64,000 bases of DNA, taken from Ascoidea asiatica JCM 7603. Taxonomy: Eukaryota; Fungi; Ascomycota. The notes beneath the pieces were generated by a model. It was not told the origin of the DNA and searched no databases. It worked only from the letters and a program-made list of their open reading frames with translations. The translations under genes were made by a program, and so were the position numbers. The stretch covers positions 2,416,051-2,480,050 of the forward strand of contig BCKQ01000002.1 in the NCBI GenBank assembly GCA_001600695.1, written 5' to 3'. This document shows positions 56,446 to 64,000 of this stretch, one piece after another; the first letter of the stretch is position 1; the number at the start of each line of letters is the position of its first letter.

Positions 56446-58892
56446 AAGGAAACCAATAACAATCTGCATTTTTTTTTATAATTTCTTTTTTTTTTCAATT
56501 TATTTGCATTGCTTTTCTTTCTCTTGGTTTTTTTTAATTTTAATTTTTTATGTAAAACTGCTATACATGATATCCCCATATTTATATTTTTTTTGCTTTT
56601 CTCCACTTATTGTGACTGAATGTTTTCATTCAATCCTTATTTATTTATGTTCTTCACATTTATTATTATGAATTTACTCTTCTGCATTCTTAATTGCTTT
56701 TCACTTTTTTCTTTTCCATTTCTTCTATTCAGGGAAGAAACTGACATTAAATCTGTTTGAATTTGTCTACAAACGTCTAATTAATAATGATTAATAAATA
56801 ACTCAAATTCAAATTTAAATTCAAATTTGATAATTCTTTTTTTTTTCAAAATTTATGATCAATCGTAAAATCTATAAAGTTCAATTCCTTCGGGATTTTC
56901 AAACTGTTTTAAATTGTACCTTTTGGTTTTTTAACCAGCCTTCGAGGCACCTGTCATTGTAATTATATCTATTAATTGTAATTGTAAGTATAATTATAAT
57001 TATAAATCGAAAGCCTTTGATTATCTTTGCAGCTGCCTTGAAATTTTTCAAAAAAGTTGCAAAAAAGCATAATTTGGTAAGTTGGTGTAAACTTAACAGG
57101 GCAGTCTAAATTTTTAGAAGATTATCTATCTATATTTCTGAAAACAAATTGTGAAATATAATTTGAATAACGAAAACTAATGGATCCTTTTGAAGCTTTC
57201 GCGTAAATTTTGCATAATCTCTAATAATAAATATTAATTACCTGACAGAATATTATGGCAGCCTATCAACAACGTATTGCAGTTTCATTTTGTCTTTAAA
57301 GCTGCTCAAGTCTTTGATGAACTTGAGCCATGGTTGAAGATCCTTTACAAAAAAAAATAGAATCAATTTTAGAAAGCTCTATTTTTAAATAATCAAAAGA
57401 AATTTACCCAGTGGTTATTTGAACTAAGTTTCAACTAAAGTTACTTGAAAATAATGAGTTTGTTAATGTCATTTTATTCGGTTGAACATTGAGCATAATT
57501 GTCAAATATCAAATTCTCTTTGCCTTGAATGTTTGTGAATGTTGAGTCGATTAAGAAATATTTTCAAACAACAAATTTAGTCTTGAGGATTTGCAGAATT
57601 GTTAGTTCAAAGTAGGTGCAATTTTGTTTACAAAAATTTCACAAGTTGTTAGTTATTCATTCATGAATACGTAGACTAATAATATTATTATTTGATAACT
57701 TTTCTGAAAGTTAATTGTTCACTGACTGTACTGTATCGTGTTACTTTCAATAATATGGATAACGAAGTGCTCAAAATCATAATAATGTGAACAAATTAGG
57801 TGTTTTTGATGCCAAAAAAAACCAAAATTTCTTTTATTTATTCCTCGAATTACAATTTCCAATTTTTATTCCAATACTCTTCCAAGTTTCAGCAAACTTT
57901 TCATTAGCCGAGAAATTATTGAGTAAAACAAAAACATTTCTCTTTCCCAAGTGTTCAATCCTCGATAACCATTGAATGAAACCAAAAGAATATTCCTTTA
58001 AAAGAAATTCAATCTCAATTATTTCAGTGTTGCAAAAGAGTATTCATTTTCCATTTCATTATTTCTATGGTATTGATTTGCAAAGACTGGCTTTCTTTCT
58101 CGATATCTGTTAATAAAGTTATTCAAAATTTCCCCTTCATTAGATTCATCGATAGGATAAATTACGAGGTATTTCGAAGTTTTTGAGACAAACTGAATGA
58201 ATACATGTTTCAAATTTGTTGAGAAACTGATTATCTTATTGATCTTTTTGTTGAGCATGATGATATCTCATCTAAGAATTGAAAAAAAGTGAAAATGTTC
58301 TTTGGAGCGATTATTCAGTTGATGAATGATGAAACAGCCAAAATAACTAACTCTACGTAATAATTTAAAAAAAAAAATAGAATGATAACGACCAAATTAG
58401 GGAATAAAATATAACTATTATTGACACACATATATAAGAATATGTTTTGATGATATGAAAAATAAAACAGAGAAGAAATAAAGTAAAAGAAATAAAGTAA
58501 TATTATACTGGATTGTATAATATCATACTTTTTTTGTAAATTGTAAAAGAAACAAAAATTAAATAACAAAAAAAGAAGACATTATTTGAATGAAAATGTA
58601 TACATGTTGAAATAAACTTAAATGATAAAAAGAATGATAATTTTTTTAATAAAAACAGATTTGAAATAAAATGAAGGTATTTTGATATAGTTTTTGGTTT
58701 GCAATTTTTTTATTTTTAAAAAAGAATGGAATGTAGAAATAAAATCTGAAAACCTTTAATGATTTACTGATAAATAATAATATAATGTTTGAAATAAAAA
58801 AAATTGAAAATGTTTTATATGTATGTATACATAAAAATATTGCAAACCAATCTAATAACTAATGAAACAGTAATTCTAATAATAAAAATAAA

Positions 58893-58928
<36 letters not shown>
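58893..58928. repeat. (AAT)n microsatellite downstream of SWE1
   Basis: About 12 AAT units just past the SWE1 stop codon. Confidence 0.85.
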
Positions 58929-58930
<2 letters not shown>

Positions 58931-58976
58931 AAACGATAAAATGAATGAAACAATTTTTGAAAGATGAATTGAAAGT

Positions 58977-61900
58977 TTAAATGCTACTGAATTTATCATA
59001 GCTATATTTGTTATTATCTTTAGAATTTTTGAATTTTTCTAAATGATAAAGATCTTTGATTTTTTTATAATTTTTTACTCTTGAAAATTTTGATAAAGAA
59101 GATCCAGAATTGGAACTTGAACTAGAACTGAATTTGGAACTTGAAGCAACCACTCCTCCATATTCTCCTTCATAAATTGTAGCTCTTTCCTTTTTATTTA
59201 ATCGAATTGTCTCTAATTCGAATAATCTTAGAATCTCAATGGCACTTGGTCTATTTGAAGGATTTGGTTCAAGCATCCAATGAACTAATAAATCTAATGT
59301 TTTACCATCTTTGATGAACTCAACTGATTTTTTTTGAAGTTCTTTCATTTGTTCATCAGTTACACTGTTATTGTCAATGACACTTAAATTTCCAACATCT
59401 GATAAATCTCCTGATCTTAATTTTTGCCAACTAACTCCATTATCTGGTAAATAAATATTAGCTGCAATTTCAAATATAATTAAGCCTAATGAGAAAATAT
59501 CTGATTTCTTACTATATTCTGAATTCAATAAAATCTCAGGTGCAATATATTCTCTATCACCTTCTTTTTCAATATTTTTGATTGAAGTTTTATTGGAAGT
59601 TATAGATAGTTTGGTTGATAATCCAAAATCTCCAATTTTTAATCCTCCTTTAGAAGATATAAAAACATTTGCAGGTTTTAAATCTAAATGAATAATATCA
59701 TTAGAATGTAAATAATTCAATCCAATTGATAATTCTTCTAAAATTTTCCATATTCTAAATTCATCTATTCTATCAACAGATCCATTTTCTAATAAAAACT
59801 TATCCAAAGATCCATTTTCATAGAAATCTGTAATGATATATTCCTCATTATTATTACTTGTGAAAAAATCAATAAATTTCAAAACATAATCAGAACCATC
59901 AATTCTTCTTTTGTTTCTTTTCAATTCATTGAGTATTTCAATTTCTTCATTAAGACAAACTTTATCTCTAGAATTAATATTTAAATATTTTGAAATTTTA
60001 TCAACATTTTTTGAAGTATCTAATGTTTTCTTGAATATCTTTGTTCTAGTATTAGCTAATTTATTACTACCTAAAGAAACAATAGAAGAAGAAGGTGTTG
60101 GATTTTTTTTTATAATTTTTTTAATAGCATATTTTGAACTCTTGAAATCAACTTGATAAACAATTGAAAATTCTCCACGACCAATTAATTTAATGTTTGA
60201 AAATTTTGAAATTAGAAAATCATCGCCTTCAAATCTTTGAGTTGCAATTGAAGCAGAAGAAAAATCTCTAACCATTCCAGACTTAGGATTGTTAGTATTA
60301 TTATTGTTATTATTATTATTTGAAAACATATTTAAATTGAAATTAAATGATGAAGATCTTTTCATGGTAGGAGTTGAGGTTGGACTTGGTGATGAATTTG
60401 AACAACAATATTTACTCAGAGAAGTAAGTAAACATTTATTTGAATTTTGGTTTTGATTTTGATTATTAAGACTATTGGCTGTATTTGAACGATGTCTAAA
60501 AACAGAACTAAATTGAAGACTATGAGATTTTGGGAATTTTGTTGGTGTAGATGGAATTGGATCTATATCATCATAATTGAATGCATCGTCATAATCAAAA
60601 TAATCTTCTTCATCATCTAGAAGTGAAACAGTTGAAATTCCATTATTATTTGAATTTTTATTATTATTCTGATCATGACTTCGTTTGTAATCTTCTAAAT
60701 CTTGATGTGAAATTGTATTTCTATGATAGGAATTTCTTAAAGAAGGTAAATCCTGATCACTATCATATTGAATAATATTAGTATCATCATTAATATCATC
60801 ATCTTGTTGTTCAACGATATCCTCTTCTTCTTCTTTCTCTATTATATTTTCATTATCAAAGTCATGAATATTAGTAGATTCATGAAAAAAGTCATATTGT
60901 TCATCATCTTGATCTAATAAAGAACTTGGTTTTGATTTATTGATAGAAGAAGTGTTAAGAATATTTGAATTTTCATGATTAGTATGAAATTCATTATTAA
61001 AATTTGATAAACAATTATTTAATTTTTCTTTATTAAAAGAAAAGTTAAAAACAGGAGGAGGTAAAGGATGTGAATAATTTTGAACTAATTTGATTGTTGA
61101 ATTTGTTGATTTATTATTAATTTCTGTTGAACTTTGATTATTGAAAAAAGAAGATAATTTTGATTTTTTTCTTATTATTGAATTTGGAGTATTTGGTTTT
61201 TTTAAATCATTATTGAATATTATTGATGGTTTTTTACATGGAGTATCTGGAACAATATAAGAATTATTGTTGCTATTATTATTTATAAAACTTGAATTGT
61301 TAGTGGAAGTGGAAATATTGCTGATATTATTATTATTAAAGAAAGAATTAGATGAAAAGAATGATGAAGAGGATGAAGATGTTGATAAAGTTGATATATT
61401 GAAAATATTATTATTATTATTATTATTATTGATATTATTTATATTTGAATTATCATTTAAAACTGATTTTTTTTTTGATTGTAAACCATTTGAATTAAAA
61501 GCTGATTGTAAAGGTTTAGCATATTTAAAAGAAGAAGAATTTGATAAAGAAGAATCCAAGGAAGTTATTGATGAATTTGAAGAGAATGAAATATTTGAAA
61601 ATGAGTCTAAAGTATCTATTGATGAGGTTGAACTTATACTTGAAATACTTTTTTTATTATATTTAAGATTTTTATTGTTATTGTTATTATTATTGTTAAT
61701 ACTGTTAATATTATTAATGTTATTATTATTGATAATATTTTTTTGATAAGAATCATTTAAAAGAGAATTAAAAGAATAATTAATTGAATGAATTGTTTTA
61801 CTTTTTATAAGTGGATATTTTAATTTATTAAATATATCATTATTTTGAAATTGAATTTGATCTTGAAATTGATCATATTCATTAATATTATTTAATATAT

Positions 61901-62144
61901 TAATATTATTATCATCAATAGTATTATTTTTTCTTTTTAAAGATTGAGAAGATAAATCAAAAGAAGCTACACTTCTTCTTAAAGTATGTTTTATATTTAT
62001 TGGACTTGAATTTAAACTATCATCATTATTATTTTTTTTATTACTATTATTATTATTATTTGAATTTTTTATATTAATATGTAAAGGATTATTATTTCTT
62101 TTTCTTTTATTATTTATTGTATTGTTGTTATTTATTAACAGCAT
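58977..62144 (-). CDS. SWE1: Wee1-family CDK-inhibitory kinase
   Basis: IGRGEFSIV, HLDLKPAN, KIGDFG, EGDREYIAPE, PDNGVSWQKLRSGD; N-terminal KPLQSAF and PDTPCKK motifs. Confidence 0.95.
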   Translation of the reverse strand: MLLINNNNTINNKRKRNNNPLHINIKNSNNNNNSNKKNNNDDSLNSSPINIKHTLRRSVASFDLSSQSLKRKNNTIDDNNINILNNINEYDQFQDQIQFQNNDIFNKLKYPLIKSKTIHSINYSFNSLLNDSYQKNIINNNNINNINSINNNNNNNNKNLKYNKKSISSISSTSSIDTLDSFSNISFSSNSSITSLDSSLSNSSSFKYAKPLQSAFNSNGLQSKKKSVLNDNSNINNINNNNNNNNIFNISTLSTSSSSSSFFSSNSFFNNNNISNISTSTNNSSFINNNSNNNSYIVPDTPCKKPSIIFNNDLKKPNTPNSIIRKKSKLSSFFNNQSSTEINNKSTNSTIKLVQNYSHPLPPPVFNFSFNKEKLNNCLSNFNNEFHTNHENSNILNTSSINKSKPSSLLDQDDEQYDFFHESTNIHDFDNENIIEKEEEEDIVEQQDDDINDDTNIIQYDSDQDLPSLRNSYHRNTISHQDLEDYKRSHDQNNNKNSNNNGISTVSLLDDEEDYFDYDDAFNYDDIDPIPSTPTKFPKSHSLQFSSVFRHRSNTANSLNNQNQNQNSNKCLLTSLSKYCCSNSSPSPTSTPTMKRSSSFNFNLNMFSNNNNNNNNTNNPKSGMVRDFSSASIATQRFEGDDFLISKFSNIKLIGRGEFSIVYQVDFKSSKYAIKKIIKKNPTPSSSIVSLGSNKLANTRTKIFKKTLDTSKNVDKISKYLNINSRDKVCLNEEIEILNELKRNKRRIDGSDYVLKFIDFFTSNNNEEYIITDFYENGSLDKFLLENGSVDRIDEFRIWKILEELSIGLNYLHSNDIIHLDLKPANVFISSKGGLKIGDFGLSTKLSITSNKTSIKNIEKEGDREYIAPEILLNSEYSKKSDIFSLGLIIFEIAANIYLPDNGVSWQKLRSGDLSDVGNLSVIDNNSVTDEQMKELQKKSVEFIKDGKTLDLLVHWMLEPNPSNRPSAIEILRLFELETIRLNKKERATIYEGEYGGVVASSSKFSSSSSSNSGSSLSKFSRVKNYKKIKDLYHLEKFKNSKDNNKYSYDKFSSI

Positions 62145-64000
62145 TGTGAATATTAGATATTAAATATTATTATAATTATAATTATTATTTTGTATTATAA
62201 ATTATTATATATATTGTAATGTAATATAATATAATATAATATCAGATAAGACAAGACAAGATAAGATAAATATTTGATGGATTTGAGTTAAATATATAAT
62301 ATAATATTGGTAAATTGAAATAGGATAATAGGATAATAGGATATAATAGGATATAATAGAATATAAGTTTTTTTAGAAAAGGAGTTTTAAGAAGAGTAAA
62401 TAGAAGTTAAAAAAAAAACAAAACAGACTAAAAAAGAAATGAAAATAAAGGAACTGAGTAAAGCAAAAAAAAAAAATAAAATAAAAAAAAAGAGAAGTAA
62501 AATGAGGATATAAGTGAAGGTATAAATAATTAATTTAAATAATAAAATATAATTAAATTTAATGTAGTGTGTATTAGTTAAATTAATAAAATGAGTAAAC
62601 TGGAGGACTTTAACAGTAGGAATATTACATTAATTATTAGTATTATTATTATTGTTATTATTATTGTTGTTGTTGTTATTGATGTTGTTGATATTTAATA
62701 GTTGAAGGTGAATAACTGAATAACTGAATAACTGAATAATTGAATATTTGAATTTAGATTTGAATAATATTTTATAAAAATTGAAATTTTTTTAAAAAAA
62801 TTGGTTAAAAGAGAAATTTGAAAAACCGGTAAAAAAGAAATTGAAAATTGAGTCAATTTAACGTTAATGGTAACATTTAGCCTGATAATAAATAACATTG
62901 ATATGAGTATAATAATAGGATTAAGATAGTATGATAAACATTAAAATAAACATTAATATTTTAATCAATTGATGGAAAAGGGCAAAAGAATAGACTTAAT
63001 TAGGAATCATTCTTATCCAGATTTAAAAACTTTGAATTTGTTTCAAAATATTTGATAATATTCTTACAGAATAATTTATTAGAATATTTTATTGAATAAC
63101 ATTTTGAATAATTTATTGAGTTTGATTTTTTGTTGACATAGGTGTTAATAACGTTGTACACTACTGCAAAGATGAATTAAAAAGCAAATGGACTTTGAGA
63201 TTGAATTGAATTTGAGATTGAATTGAATTTGAATTTGATTTGAAATGAATTTGATTTGAATTGAATTATTTCAATTTCGTTTCACATCTAGACTAAAATA
63301 AACCAATTTCGATTAAAAAAAAAATGATAGATATTAAAAATATCATACAATCATATAAAATATAAATAAAATATCTTAAAAATTATATTGTTTTTTCCTA
63401 AATTTAGATACTTTTTCATAAAATTTCATTTATTTTTACAAATTTTTATAAATTTCTTTTTATTTACAAATATTTTCAAACCAAACTCAGATAAAAAGGG
63501 GAAAAAGAAAACAATAAAAACATTTAAAACAATATGAAAGTAAAAGAGATAAAAGAAAAGCAAATAAAACAATGGAATATATCAAAGAAATGACCCAAAA
63601 CAGTTAAAGTAAGCTCAAGAGAAACTCTGCAGAGGAAAAAAGAAAGAAAGAAAGTGTGAAAAGTTTGAGAAGCGTGCTGCTTCCTGTGCTGTTTCTGCCG
63701 GAAAAGCTGAAAAAGCTGAAAAAGCTTCCCAAACATCGGCCCAGATTTGCTCGAGGCTCTGCAGCCCGTGGCAAAAGGTGGCTAACGGTGCTAACGGTGG
63801 CAAACTTATTTTTTGCGAGCTGATTGTAGTTCGATCGAAATATCCACTTATTGCTAAGAAGATATCTAATTCAAATTATAAACAATTGTTAATTAAAATA
63901 TAAAATATATAAAAATTATATAAAAAATATGGGAGGTAAGTGCCCTATTTATATTAGTGGAAAATAGGAGCGGGTAACCCATCTTAATAATAAATTTGTA

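Noticed and set aside
62139-62141. CUG-codon reassignment inference (in-frame CTG seems very rare; seen at SWE1 codon 2 and in the first LRR gene)
   Set aside because: The CTGs I noticed are at non-conserved positions, rarity is expected from AT bias, and there is no tRNA-CAG in the window; the genetic code cannot be determined here.
1-64000. CRISPR arrays, intact transposons/retrotransposons, telomeric repeats, point centromere, rRNA
   Set aside because: Tandem repeats lack unique spacers; no transposase, gag/pol or rRNA signatures seen; the CACGTG sites are not followed by a CDEII/CDEIII arrangement that I could identify.

Overview
Strongly AT-rich, nearly intron-free eukaryotic DNA with a budding-yeast (Saccharomycotina) gene set, yeast-type tRNAs and one GTATGT-type intron. 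The species cannot be determined from the sequence. About 20 protein genes are supported: a partial NCS1/THI7-like permease, a MATE transporter, a signal-peptide-bearing agmatinase-family enzyme, two tandem F-box-like/LRR genes, MsrB, two inverted GH28 endopolygalacturonase paralogs, a Cox5-family protein, a small secreted Cys-domain orphan, SYP1, a Rua1-like Zn protein, a GNAT, ENG1/DSE4 (GH81), intron-containing SAR1, a Cys/His-rich orphan, NCA2, a GH3 beta-glucosidase, PNO1, HSL7 and SWE1. Seven tRNA genes are present: Ile-UAU with intron, Asn, Val, His x2, Ser and Thr. Most notable observations: (1) an unannotated ~125-bp non-coding element lies ~180-200 bp downstream of both tRNA-His genes, with conserved inverted-repeat arms and variable spacers; (2) polygalacturonase, tRNA-His and this element occur twice, inverted ~28 kb apart and in permuted order, and the two enzymes show patchy near-identity plus a directional charge shift; (3) the SAR1 intron has in-frame AAG acceptors only, while its CAG acceptor creates a stop; (4) SWE1 lies next to its own regulator HSL7. 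All family assignments come from motif recognition by eye; no database search was run.
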